Below are positions 51,935-62,462 of a DNA stretch of 64,000 nucleotides, piece after piece. Below the pieces are notes generated by a model that searched no databases, had not been told where the DNA came from, and was given only the letters and a program-made list of their open reading frames with translations. The DNA lies in NCBI GenBank assembly GCA_965207445.1, contig CBDBLX010000002.1:2295849-2359848 (forward strand), in the 5' to 3' direction. Within the stretch, counting starts at the first letter, position 1. Each line of letters begins with the position of its first letter. Origin of the DNA: Nitrosopumilus sp. GTDB taxonomy: Archaea; Thermoproteota; Nitrososphaeria; Nitrososphaerales; Nitrosopumilaceae. The translations under genes were made by a program, and so were the position numbers.

Positions 51935-52385
51935 GCATTATATATTAAGATTTCGCTGGCAGGTTCTCTTGCAAACGCAGTTGATCGGTGTTTATATGAA
52001 CTTTTTATCTGAATTTAATATTTGAGGCTGAAAAAGTATAAATTTTTAGTACTTTTTTGTGTGACTATGACGATAGTTTGGAATAGGGGTATAGTCAGGT
52101 AACGTGTCGCCTCCCCCCACCCCCTCTTTATACCACGTGGACTAGGCATGGACACACACTACGATCATTACAAATCACTGAAATTGTGAGATAATGTAAA
52201 AAAAAGTATGTTAATCATTAAATACGTATGCTACCATTTACTCATGTAGACAAAAAATGAGTAAATGTATGTAGCAACAAAAGATAGTTGTAGATGAATT
52301 ATTTAACAAAATCGATGTATCTTCGATCATCTATGACGAGACAATGTCCAAAGTTTTGAATGAAAATGCTAGTTTATGAAAGGGC

Positions 52386-53101
52386 ATGAAAGAGGAACGA
52401 AAAGAGAAAAACATGTGGAAAGAAAAGTGTATGAATCTGTTTGATAGATTAGGTGGAAGAAAACTTGACATCATACTGGTATATCAGAAATTGGTATTTG
52501 TGACGCAAACTGGCAGGTATACGTCACGTGAGCAGATACTTGAAGATTTGGCAAAATCTACCACACAGTATGGAAACATGATGAGAAATGAATGCAAAAT
52601 TTTTGCAGACAAATATCAAGTAATACAACTAAAAGAATACAATATACGTATTGTGGATTTAGAGCGCAGTGATGCTGCAAATGACGAATGGTGCCACACC
52701 TATATCTCACAAAACAGTGACACAAAAGCAGATACAAAAGGAGAAACAAGACTGTGCAGACAAGCAGCGCAAGACAAACCACCTGTCAAACTAGGATTCA
52801 CCTTTAAAACATGATTCATCTTTCAGACCATTTAATCCAGACAAAACATTTGACATTGAACTAGACACATACCCTGAATGTGATTGTGAAATAGAGCAAG
52901 TTTGTGAGGAATACAAGACATTACATGAACTTGACGACCATAATGAACTAGAGGAGATGTGGTGTCACACACGTGTATATTGGTGTGAAAATTGTGGTAA
53001 CATAAACTGTATGCACGATTCTATAATGCCAAATACTTTATTTGAAAAACACTTTCTTGTTAAACTCACGCGCTCATCATTTAATGTCCACACAATAAAA
53101 T
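52386..53101 (+). pseudogene. IS66-family transposase remnant, frameshifted and truncated
   Basis: After ORF 52386-52814 a shifted frame reads PDKTFDIELDTYPECDC...YWCENCG...MPNTLF, resembling the IS66 zinc finger; cut off by MITE-B. Confidence 0.6.
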
Positions 53102-53249
53102 GTGTGAATCAAGCTTTATGACTGATATGATCATTCAAAATAACTTTTGGCCAAATGCATTGCATGTGTGATACTTGATATACAGACAAGGATGTGACCA
53201 AATACAAGTATATAATTTAATTATTGTAGCCAAAGAGCTTGGTTCACAC
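53102..53249 (+). mobile_element. MITE family B (148 bp), copy 2
   Basis: TIR GTGTGAATCAAGCTTTATG / CAAAGAGCTTGGTTCACAC (16 of 19 complementary). Confidence 0.75.
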
Positions 53250-53632
53250 GACAAATCAGAAAGTGTGTTTCATATAATAACCTGAAAACGATTTTTGCAA
53301 CCATCATATTTGTGAAATCATCTTGAAACAATACGTCAATCGCAACTATAGGTGCGTCCAGTATCAGAAAATGTGCAATCTTAGGTAAATTACAATCAAC
53401 ATTAAAGCCTGCGCGTAACACATTTCGTCTTTTCAAACCTGTGTATTTTTTTAGTTGTTTGCTTTTTTGCACACTGTAACTAGAAATGAACATATTTTTG
53501 ACTTTTCACTCTAGGAGGCAGTTACGCGCCACACTTCTTGCGGCCATGTCAGACACATATCAAAAATGATCACAGGTTATTTACAACAGAGCCATGACTT
53601 TAATGTGTTAAGACTTATGAGCGTCGTTATAT
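53250..53632 (-). mobile_element. degenerate IS end fragment (possibly IS630-like), copy 2
   Basis: Inverted homolog of 266-525; residual frame ...NLPKIAHFLILDAPIV... resembles an N-terminal HTH. Confidence 0.5.
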
Positions 53633-53660
53633 ACCACAAAATCATACATGAGATGATAAA

Positions 53661-53894
53661 TTGATAGACTGGCACAGTGATCCGAATATTATTACTCAGC
53701 GTATGAAACTTACACCAGAAAATGGGTTTAGTCTAGTTGGGATGGACTTTCTTACTAACAGCAAAGGAGAACTCTACGAGATCAAACACTATAATGCATA
53801 CCAAGACGCTTTAAGTGCCAAAAAATCAAGGAAGAATCCAGAAGAGTATCTTATATTATACAAAGATGCACAAGGTGGTTTTTGTTATAGATGA
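53661..53894 (+). CDS. small hypothetical protein
   Basis: 77-aa ORF with normal composition. Confidence 0.6.
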   Translation: MIDWHSDPNIITQRMKLTPENGFSLVGMDFLTNSKGELYEIKHYNAYQDALSAKKSRKNPEEYLILYKDAQGGFCYR

Positions 53895-54056
53895 TAAGAT
53901 TCCAACTGATATCGTGCTATATTCTAGTTGCCCCATCAGTTTGTTGTCAGAACTGTCCAACTTACATAAAAGTCAAAAGTACAAATCGTCTTACCAACTC
54001 TCAAAAACATCTAATAAAGTAGTTATGATAAAATAGTATAATTAGAATGTAAATGA

Positions 54057-54833
54057 CTAGTTTGAAATAATTGTAAATTCAGACATAACCATATTACCAT
54101 CACCATCATTGGCATGGATAGTAAATACACCTAATTGAGCCCAACCACTATCTCCTCCTGCAATAGTAATGGTAGAGTAGACACCATCAGACTTTATCAC
54201 AGTTGATTCTGTCCAAACAGTTTCGTTTGTAGGGTTTGTGATGATGAGTTCTATATTAGATCCTGTGACAGCATCAGACCAACCACTTATCGATATAAGA
54301 TCACCCATAGCATACGAATCAAGATCCGTCTTTACATTAAATTCATCAGCAAAAGGCTCGGTGAGATTATTAACAGACACATCATCAATTAAAGAAGGCG
54401 TAGTCATTGTAACAAAAACAAATGCCACTATTATCAATACCAAAATTATAGCGCCAACTGAGATGGCAAAAAGTTTACCTTTGGAAGCACTAGTCTTTTT
54501 GGCAGTAGAGGAGATCAACCGTACAGAATTATCATCAGTGTGGGGTTGTTTGTGTTTTTTATTGACGGTAGATTGTTTTTGTTTTCGGGCAACATTCAAG
54601 TCTTTTGGCAATTCCACATCAGGCACTATGTCAGATTCTTCCACATCAGTATCTTGTTTTTTATGACCAATATGATGCAAGTAACGTTGTGCCAAATCAC
54701 GCACATACTTTCGTTCATAATTACTGATCGGCTCGTTATTTTTACATGCTCTATAGATGTCTTTGAGAATACGATCACCACCAAAATCACCATCTAGTAG
54801 TTTTTTAACATCATCAATCATGTCATCGTACAT
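54057..54833 (-). CDS. membrane protein with one central TM and C-terminal Ig-like domain
   Basis: GDRIL..I.RAC.NNE.ISNYERKYV N-terminus; TM; TDLDSY..GD.ISISG. Confidence 0.75.
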   Translation of the reverse strand: MYDDMIDDVKKLLDGDFGGDRILKDIYRACKNNEPISNYERKYVRDLAQRYLHHIGHKKQDTDVEESDIVPDVELPKDLNVARKQKQSTVNKKHKQPHTDDNSVRLISSTAKKTSASKGKLFAISVGAIILVLIIVAFVFVTMTTPSLIDDVSVNNLTEPFADEFNVKTDLDSYAMGDLISISGWSDAVTGSNIELIITNPTNETVWTESTVIKSDGVYSTITIAGGDSGWAQLGVFTIHANDGDGNMVMSEFTIISN

Positions 54834-55145
54834 TAATTCTGTGTCTAATTCTCAATATTTATGCATGTAATTTCAATTTAAAAAGTAAATTATTGGTAGT
54901 GATAGGGTGTATAGTAGACAGTATTATTATTATTAATAATAATAGTAATAGTAATAGTAGTGACTGATGACACCATACTTTTTAATATAAAATTAAAAAG
55001 TCATTTTACACAAAGTCGCGTCTCACGATGGTAGTCTGGCGACACCATGTTTTTTGATATAAAAGTAGAAAGAGAATTCAAAATAAAATTGATTTATAGA
55101 ATAATTTTTCAAATATTTATTAATAGGTTAAAAAAAAATACAATA

Positions 55146-55487
55146 ATGAAGCAAATTACAGCAACAATTCCATCAGGTAGGCTGGCAGCAGTCTCAGATG
55201 CAATAAATGACATCGTTGGTGGATTTACTGCTATAGAAGGCAGAGGTCGCGGATCTAGTAAGAGACAAATTGTCAGACAAGGTAGAGGAACAGGTTCAAC
55301 AGTAGCCGAATATAATCAAACCACCACTGTCTTTACTATAGTGCCAGACGAGGATGTCGAGAAGGTTTCAAACGCAATTACAAGTGCCGCAAATTCAGGC
55401 AGTAGAGGAGATGGGATCATCATCGTCACAAATATCGATAGCGTAAACAACATTTCAACAAAAAAGAGTGGCGAAGAAGCCCTCTAA
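55146..55487 (+). CDS. PII-family nitrogen regulatory protein
   Basis: GRGRG T-loop entry, A.SGSRGDG.I.V and C-terminal GEEAL. Confidence 0.9.
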   Translation: MKQITATIPSGRLAAVSDAINDIVGGFTAIEGRGRGSSKRQIVRQGRGTGSTVAEYNQTTTVFTIVPDEDVEKVSNAITSAANSGSRGDGIIIVTNIDSVNNISTKKSGEEAL

Positions 55488-55509
55488 TACTTTTTTTTAA
55501 AAAATTAGT

Positions 55510-56222
55510 TCATTTGAGGAGTCAGAGGAATCATGTCACCCTGACACATTAGAGGCACGACACGTGAGGACAGATAATAATTTGCACAGCGACAGTACTG
55601 GACGTAAACGAACAGAGATGAGAGACACACCGGATAATAGGGCAGGTGCAGAAACGTGAAAAAATCCCATACGCAAGTTTGACACACCATATACCAGATA
55701 CATTACACGTGAAAAGAAAAAGAGGGCACGACCAATTCCATAATTACCCAGGTATGATGATGCAAGTATTAGGCACGTGCAGTGCATATGAGAAATGTTC
55801 AAGGACCATATAGATAGCATCTTGTACCACCCAAAGCGGCATGGCAGACATCATGGCATAAAACCCAAGGCCCTAGGAAACATTCTACTATTATATTTGT
55901 CAATACCAAGTGGCGCCAATGATGTGTATGTACACCTCAACTACAAGTCAGCAGACCATGCCGTAGAACAAAAATTTCCAAGGGATATGGTCCATAGGAC
56001 GATGTTGGCCGACTGCCATGTATGCAACTGAGAATACCCCCTTTTCACCCCCCAACAGTGTATACGATGCACCGTGACGTAAAAACTCGATCATTTTATG
56101 TCCGATTTATTGAATCGACAACACTACCATCCTACACTAACTGTCAAAAATTGACATTGGACCATGCCGTAGGAAATACATATCACAACTCGGAGGTGAC
56201 ATCATTTCCCGACATTATATAA
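55510..56222 (+). pseudogene. highly decayed sequence, possibly a transposase relic
   Basis: ~700 bp of higher-GC sequence with only broken frames; weak resemblance to DDE segments (TVLD...QKREKIPY; YKS...VEQKF). Confidence 0.3.
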
Positions 56223-56249
56223 TAATTAACATATGTTGTTCAAAAATGG

Positions 56250-56489
56250 TTACCGTTGACCCTCTACACCTATGAGTGTTAATGTAGAGCGGATTTTTGG
56301 AATCTTTCTGATCTTCCACGTTATGGTCTCACGTAAAACATCGACAAGAGAAAGCTCTACCTTGGCCAAAATATCATATGCGCCAAATGTGCCGTGCACC
56401 TCAACTACACCTTTTATTGATTTTAGTTCATCTATTACAGTTTCTTCTGATCCTAGTTCACAATTTATTAAAACATATGCAGTAGCCAT
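56250..56489 (-). CDS. Lrp/AsnC ligand-binding-domain protein (paralog of 12099-12338)
   Basis: MATAYVLINCELGSEE...HGTFGAYDILAK...RETITWKIRKI. Confidence 0.92.
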   Translation of the reverse strand: MATAYVLINCELGSEETVIDELKSIKGVVEVHGTFGAYDILAKVELSLVDVLRETITWKIRKIPKIRSTLTLIGVEGQR

Positions 56490-56616
56490 TACACACAACT
56501 CCTCCTCCTCATCATCATCAATACTAGTTACATTTTCAATTATATAAAATTGCGCAGAATTATCTCAAAAAATATCATAGTGTGACACATATTTTCAAAC
56601 ACATGTAAATAATTAA

Positions 56617-57588
56617 TCAACAAAGAATAGGTTTCATATAAGAACGCATTACATAAATTAACTGATCAATATGTTTTGTTGCTGTTATCATTGAGCGCAC
56701 ACTAGAACCATTGCGAACTCCTTTTGTAAATCTCATCGCTTGTCCTTTGATATTTGCAAATCGAATTTGATACCGAGCTGCAATATTTAGATACTCAAAG
56801 AATGCATTTAATTTTTCACTAGGTGAATACATATTATATGTACCAGTTTGTAAATAATCATTTATTTGTTCAAAGAGAAATGGATTTCCCATCGCACCTC
56901 TTCCAATCATAACATAGTCGCAACCAGTTTGATCAATCATAGATTTAGCATCCTCAGGAGTTGTAATATCACCATTGCCCACGATTGGAACACTAGAGCG
57001 ATCTTTGAGTAGTTTAATGAGCTTCCAATCCGATTTACCAGAGTATCCTTGCCCAACAGTGCGAGGATGAAGAGTTATCATCTCAATACCTTCATCTTGA
57101 GCTATCTGTGCTATTTTAAGAAACAAATATGGATCCGATGCAGCAACACCAGCACGCATCTTCAACGTGACAGGTGTATGTTTGACAGAGTTAACTAGTG
57201 TCTGAAATATCTGGCGTGTCAAATCTTCTTTCTGAAGTAAAGCACCTCCCGCCATCTGACTTGTAATGTGGGGCGCAGGGCAACCCATATTATAATCAAT
57301 TATATCAAAATGTGGCTCTACAATTTTAGCTGATTTGGCAAGAGCTTCTAGATCAGAGCCAAACAGTTGTACTGACAAGGGGCGTTCAGCATCAGAATAT
57401 TCTATAAAATCACGTATTGAGCCATTGTTTTGCTCAAGTTGTGCATGTTGCGCTACAATACTATGTATGCTAGTAAATTCTGTTACAACAAGTGCAGCAC
57501 CCATCTTTTTACACTGCAATCGTAAAGCGGGATCACTTACACCTGCCATAGGGGCAAGAAATACTCTACCAGAAAAACGTGGAAGCAT
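56617..57588 (-). CDS. tRNA-dihydrouridine synthase (DusB/NifR3 family)
   Basis: LAPMAGVSD, VQLFGS, NMGCP, VTLKMR, GNGDI and VMIGRGA motifs. Confidence 0.93.
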   Translation of the reverse strand: MLPRFSGRVFLAPMAGVSDPALRLQCKKMGAALVVTEFTSIHSIVAQHAQLEQNNGSIRDFIEYSDAERPLSVQLFGSDLEALAKSAKIVEPHFDIIDYNMGCPAPHITSQMAGGALLQKEDLTRQIFQTLVNSVKHTPVTLKMRAGVAASDPYLFLKIAQIAQDEGIEMITLHPRTVGQGYSGKSDWKLIKLLKDRSSVPIVGNGDITTPEDAKSMIDQTGCDYVMIGRGAMGNPFLFEQINDYLQTGTYNMYSPSEKLNAFFEYLNIAARYQIRFANIKGQAMRFTKGVRNGSSVRSMITATKHIDQLIYVMRSYMKPILC

Positions 57589-57631
57589 AATTAAAGAACC
57601 ATCTAGTGATATATCATCGCTGTGTTATTTG

Positions 57632-59839
57632 TTATTCTGGACAACCATCGTGGTCCTCAACGCCATTGTAATTCTCAGGAGTCAAGGGACAACTATCCAT
57701 ATAATCTAGTATATTGTCCAAATCAAGATCGTGTGCGAATCTTTGTTGTTCGGGTAATACATCAGGGCATCCGTCATGATCATTGTACTTGTTCCACACC
57801 TCTGGGCTTGTAGGACACAGATCAACATAATCAGGATATGTATCATTATCAGCGTCAGGTAATGAGAGCATAGGATCAGGTGCAGGTCTCACATCAGGGC
57901 AACCGTCCCAATCAAGATAACCATTAAAGTTTTCAGGCTCAGTAGGGCAATTATCTTTGGCATCATGTATTTGGTCTCCATCTGCATCAGGCAAGTGTCC
58001 AAATGATGCAGAAATAGGCTCAGCAGACACAGCCTCATCAGGGCAACCGTCATCATCATTTATCATATTGTAAACTTCAGGTTGTAAAGGGCATTGATCA
58101 AATGCATCTATAATCCCATCATAATCAGCATCTGTAAGAGATGCAACCTCATCAGGGCAACCATCACGGTCAAGTAGTCCATTTAGAGTCTCAGGTTGGT
58201 TGGGACAAGAGTCAAAGATGTCAAGTATGTTATCATTGTCACTGTCAGCAGCAGATCTCGAGTCATCTACACGATCTGGACAGCCATCTTCATCTTGATA
58301 ACGGTTGTAAGTCTCCTTTTCAAATGGACATTGGTCTGCATCATCTAGTATAAAGTCATAATCAGTATCACCTAATTTTTCATATTGCACAGTATCAGGA
58401 CAACCATCCTCATCGGCAAATTGGTTATAGCGTTCTGCTTGTAGTGGGCATTGATCAACATCATCAGGTATATTATCATGATCACTGTCAATTATTCCTG
58501 TACCAGATATACCAGGGACGTCTGGACAGCCATCCCAATCAAGATAACCATTAAAGTTCTCAGGTTCATTTAGACATTGATCCCATCGATCGTCAATCTG
58601 ATCAGCATCCGCATCAGCAAAGACGAAAACAGTAGATAGTACTGGATCTATCTGATCAGGGCAACCATCATCATCTTGGAAATTATTGTACGTTTCTGGC
58701 TCAATCACACACAAGTCAACAGAATCAAAGATCCCATCGCGGTCTCTATCAGACATTATATTTACTGCATCAGGGCATCCGTCACTATCCAATATGCCGT
58801 TTATAGTTTCAGGTTGGTTTGGACACAAATCTGTCAGATCTTGTATGCCATCCCCATCAGTATCAAAGGATTGCCTAGCATCATATAACGTATCAGGGCA
58901 ACCATCCTCATCATTGAACTTGTTGTATACTTCTCGTGCAAATGGACATTTATCTTGAAGATCATACACACCATCATAGTCAGAGTCCCCTGACGGTAAA
59001 AGCGCCAACACATCAGGGCAGCCATCTGCATCATTGAACTTGTTAAAATTCTCTCGCTCAAATGGACATTGATCAAAATCATCAGGTATGGAATCATGAT
59101 CAGAGTCAACAAGTGGAATTGGAGTTGCGCCAATAGTGTCGATGCAACCATCCCAATCAAGATTTCCATTATAGTTCTCAGGTTCATTTAGACATTGATC
59201 CCATCGATCGTCAATACCATCACCATCAGTATCTGGAAATTGATAAATTGCAACAGCAGAGTCTGCACCATTATCAGTACTATCAGGACATCCATCTGTG
59301 TCATCAAACAAATTAAAAGTTTCAGGTTGTAAAGGACACTGATCAAATGTATCTGAGATTCCATCTTGATCCCTATCTGCAAGACTCATCGAGTCATCAG
59401 GACATCCATCCCGGTCATCTACACCATTGAATGTCTCAGGCTGAGTGGGGCAAGAGTCCATGTTATCTGGATATCCATCAGAATCTGAATCAATTATGAT
59501 ACTTGCACCCTCAGACATGTTTTGGTCTGGACACCCATCAGTGTCATCTACAGTATTGTAAGTCTCTTTGATTCGTGGGCAATGATCTAGATGATCCTGT
59601 ATTCCATCGTGGTCAGTATCATACCAAGGTACAAAGTCTGCAGGACAGCCATCAATATTCAAACCATATTGTGGATCATAGTCCTCTTTTAAAAAAGGAC
59701 AATAATCATCAGAGTCAGGAATGCCGTCATTGTCAGTGTCAATAACTGCATTTGCATACATGGCGCCAGATGGGAACATGCCAATACTCAATACGAGTAT
59801 AATCATTATTGTAGATATTCCAATTAACTTTATCTCCAT
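57632..59839 (-). CDS. secreted thrombospondin type-3 repeat protein 1
   Basis: Signal peptide then many DxDxDGxxDxxDxCP...ExxN...DxDGCPD units. Confidence 0.9.
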   Translation of the reverse strand: MEIKLIGISTIMIILVLSIGMFPSGAMYANAVIDTDNDGIPDSDDYCPFLKEDYDPQYGLNIDGCPADFVPWYDTDHDGIQDHLDHCPRIKETYNTVDDTDGCPDQNMSEGASIIIDSDSDGYPDNMDSCPTQPETFNGVDDRDGCPDDSMSLADRDQDGISDTFDQCPLQPETFNLFDDTDGCPDSTDNGADSAVAIYQFPDTDGDGIDDRWDQCLNEPENYNGNLDWDGCIDTIGATPIPLVDSDHDSIPDDFDQCPFERENFNKFNDADGCPDVLALLPSGDSDYDGVYDLQDKCPFAREVYNKFNDEDGCPDTLYDARQSFDTDGDGIQDLTDLCPNQPETINGILDSDGCPDAVNIMSDRDRDGIFDSVDLCVIEPETYNNFQDDDGCPDQIDPVLSTVFVFADADADQIDDRWDQCLNEPENFNGYLDWDGCPDVPGISGTGIIDSDHDNIPDDVDQCPLQAERYNQFADEDGCPDTVQYEKLGDTDYDFILDDADQCPFEKETYNRYQDEDGCPDRVDDSRSAADSDNDNILDIFDSCPNQPETLNGLLDRDGCPDEVASLTDADYDGIIDAFDQCPLQPEVYNMINDDDGCPDEAVSAEPISASFGHLPDADGDQIHDAKDNCPTEPENFNGYLDWDGCPDVRPAPDPMLSLPDADNDTYPDYVDLCPTSPEVWNKYNDHDGCPDVLPEQQRFAHDLDLDNILDYMDSCPLTPENYNGVEDHDGCPE

Positions 59840-59941
59840 CAGTTTTTCTTTGTATCACGCATTTATTAAGTATCATGTATGATGGTTGTGAGATGAGATG
59901 AGAGTGGGTTGTGAGATGAGATGTGAGAGGGTTGTAAGATG

Positions 59942-60084
59942 TCGTAAACAAAGCTCTTTGAATACAATAACGAAATTATATACGTGTATTTAGTCATATT
60001 TTTTTCTGCATATCGAGTATCGTACATATGGTGTATTTTGCTAGGAGTTATTTTTAAATGATTATATCAAAGCTTGGTTCACAC
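59942..60084 (-). mobile_element. MITE family B, inverted copy 3
   Basis: Reverse complement aligns to 526-671; ends AGCTTGGTTCACAC. Confidence 0.7.
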
Positions 60085-60157
60085 GTGAATTGAGGTGTAT
60101 GGTAAAAGCTGATTGTACAAGTATATATGATTATTCTAGTTTGCCTAGTCTCAACTT

Positions 60158-62422
60158 TTACAGATCAGGGCAACCATCTGTATCAGATACTCCATCATAG
60201 TCTTCAGGTTCAAATGGACACGCATCTACATCATCTAATATTTGATCTAGATCAGCATCGTGTGCAAACCTCTGCTGTTCAGGAACATTATCTGGACAAC
60301 CATCTAGATCAAAGTACTTGTTCCATGTCTCAGGAGCCGTTGGACACATATCATTGATGTCAAGGTAGCCATCATTATCAGAGTCTAATATTTGTGGAAT
60401 TACTGATAACGCACCTGGTGTGTCAGGACATCCATCCCAATCAAGATAGTCGTTGTAATTTTCTGCCTCATCAAGACAATTATCCCATCTATCATCTACA
60501 CCATCATCGTCATTGTCAGGAAATGTATAGTTAGGCAACACTACATCAGTATCATCAGGACAACCGTCATCATCCTCAAACATATTGTATACTTCTGCCA
60601 TAGTTGGACACTCATCTGCCATATCTACAATACCATCCATATCCACATCAAGTGCACTGAGAACATCATCAGGACATCCATCGCGGTCATTGAATCCATT
60701 TACAGTCTCAGGTTGGTTTGGACAATAGTCAACAGAGTCCAATAGACCATCACCGTCGCTGTCTGCGACAGACGGATTGTCTACAACTATATCAGGGCAG
60801 CCATCATCGTCTTGATACTTGTTATATGTCTCAAAGGCGTTTGGACACTCATCTACATCGTCAAATATACCATCATTATCAGAATCGCCTACAAAGTTAC
60901 TTGGTATTGATTCTGGACATCCATCCTCGTCTTGATATCCATTGTAACGTTCTGCTTGATCAGGGCACTGGTCACTGTCATTTGGAATCCCATCATAATC
61001 ATCATCATATACAATTAGTGTGGTTGCGCCCCGTACATCCGGACAACCGTCTGAGTCAAGATAGTTATTGTAATTTTCTGCCTCATCAAGGCAGTTATCC
61101 CATCTGTCATCTACACCATCATCGTCATTATCAGGAAAAGTAAATTGTGTCACAGCAGATGCAGGTGCAGTATCAGGGCAACCATCTGAATCTTCAAAAA
61201 AGTTAAAGGTCTCAGGTTGGGATATACATTGATCAACTGTATCAAGTATACCATCTTGATCAGAGTCTGGGATAAGTATCGATACGCGATCAGGGCAACC
61301 ATCTTGATCCAGATACTTGTTATAATTTTCAGGTTGTGTTGGACACAAGTCTACCATATCAATAAAGCCATCTTGATCAGAGTCAATAATCTGTTTGTTG
61401 TCAATTATAAGATCAGGACATCCGTCATTGTCAGATATCTTGTTATATGTCTCTGCATTAAATGGACATGCATCATCCATATCGGATATTCCATCATTGT
61501 CAATATCACCATTAAAGCCAAACAACAATACGTCTGGGCAACCGTCTCCATCTTGATACTTGTTATAGTTCTCACGCTCAAGTGGGCATTGATCTATATC
61601 ATTAGGTATGCCGTCATAATCCTCATCTAACACAACAACTGATTCAGCACCTGGTGTATCAGGGCATCCGTCCCAATCAAGATAGTTGTTGTAATTTTCT
61701 GCCTCATCAAGACAGTTATCCCATCTATCCTCTATACCGTCATCATCAGCATCAGGAAACGTGTACTCTGACATAACAGACGGGGCATCATCAGGACATC
61801 CATCTGTATCCTCAAATAGGTTGTATGATTCGGGTTCTGTAGGACAAGCATCAACATTATCAGAGAGTCCATCCATGTCAATATCAGATACAAGTTGTGA
61901 ATCATCAGGACATCCATCCCTATCATTTAATCCATTGAATGTCTCAGATTGAGTGGGGCAAGAATCCAGATAGTCAGGAAAGCCGTCGCCGTCAACATCA
62001 CTAGTCATACGAGGTGTAACTACGGGAGGTGTGTCAGGACATCCATCAGCATCTGCAAATTGGTTATAGGTCTCCCTGACTGTAGGACAATTATCTATAT
62101 GATCTTGAATTCCATCATAGTCAGTATCGTACCAAGGCACAAAATCAGCAGGGCATCCGTCTATATTCATACCATATTGAGGATCATAATCTTCTAACAA
62201 GTTTGGGCATTGGTCCATATTGTTTGGTACACCGTCGCCGTCAGTGTCAATAGCAGTGTTTGCATATACAGTAGTAGTAAAGTACATTGGAGATGTGAGT
62301 CCAATAGTCATGATAGTAAATATCATAAATGCAACAGTGGTAAAATTACGAGTGTTGTGATAACGCCGTTGAGTGAATTTTACATTGTTGTTGTTGTGAG
62401 TATGGTTTGAGATCCAAGTCAT
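60158..62422 (-). CDS. secreted thrombospondin type-3 repeat protein 2
   Basis: Same architecture as 57632-59839; shared EDYDPQYG.NIDGCPADFVPWYD block. Confidence 0.9.
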   Translation of the reverse strand: MTWISNHTHNNNNVKFTQRRYHNTRNFTTVAFMIFTIMTIGLTSPMYFTTTVYANTAIDTDGDGVPNNMDQCPNLLEDYDPQYGMNIDGCPADFVPWYDTDYDGIQDHIDNCPTVRETYNQFADADGCPDTPPVVTPRMTSDVDGDGFPDYLDSCPTQSETFNGLNDRDGCPDDSQLVSDIDMDGLSDNVDACPTEPESYNLFEDTDGCPDDAPSVMSEYTFPDADDDGIEDRWDNCLDEAENYNNYLDWDGCPDTPGAESVVVLDEDYDGIPNDIDQCPLERENYNKYQDGDGCPDVLLFGFNGDIDNDGISDMDDACPFNAETYNKISDNDGCPDLIIDNKQIIDSDQDGFIDMVDLCPTQPENYNKYLDQDGCPDRVSILIPDSDQDGILDTVDQCISQPETFNFFEDSDGCPDTAPASAVTQFTFPDNDDDGVDDRWDNCLDEAENYNNYLDSDGCPDVRGATTLIVYDDDYDGIPNDSDQCPDQAERYNGYQDEDGCPESIPSNFVGDSDNDGIFDDVDECPNAFETYNKYQDDDGCPDIVVDNPSVADSDGDGLLDSVDYCPNQPETVNGFNDRDGCPDDVLSALDVDMDGIVDMADECPTMAEVYNMFEDDDGCPDDTDVVLPNYTFPDNDDDGVDDRWDNCLDEAENYNDYLDWDGCPDTPGALSVIPQILDSDNDGYLDINDMCPTAPETWNKYFDLDGCPDNVPEQQRFAHDADLDQILDDVDACPFEPEDYDGVSDTDGCPDL

Positions 62423-62462
62423 CTTATTTCACTACCTTCCATATTATTACACATTATCATCA

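Noticed and set aside
49030..51948. Multiple overlapping short ORFs in the GC-rich island
   Set aside because: Antisense or alternative-frame shadows of the 953-aa gene caused by low stop-codon density.
56250..56489. Recent duplication of the Lrp/AsnC gene
   Set aside because: The DNA is well diverged from 12099-12338, and multiple such paralogs are ordinary in this phylum.
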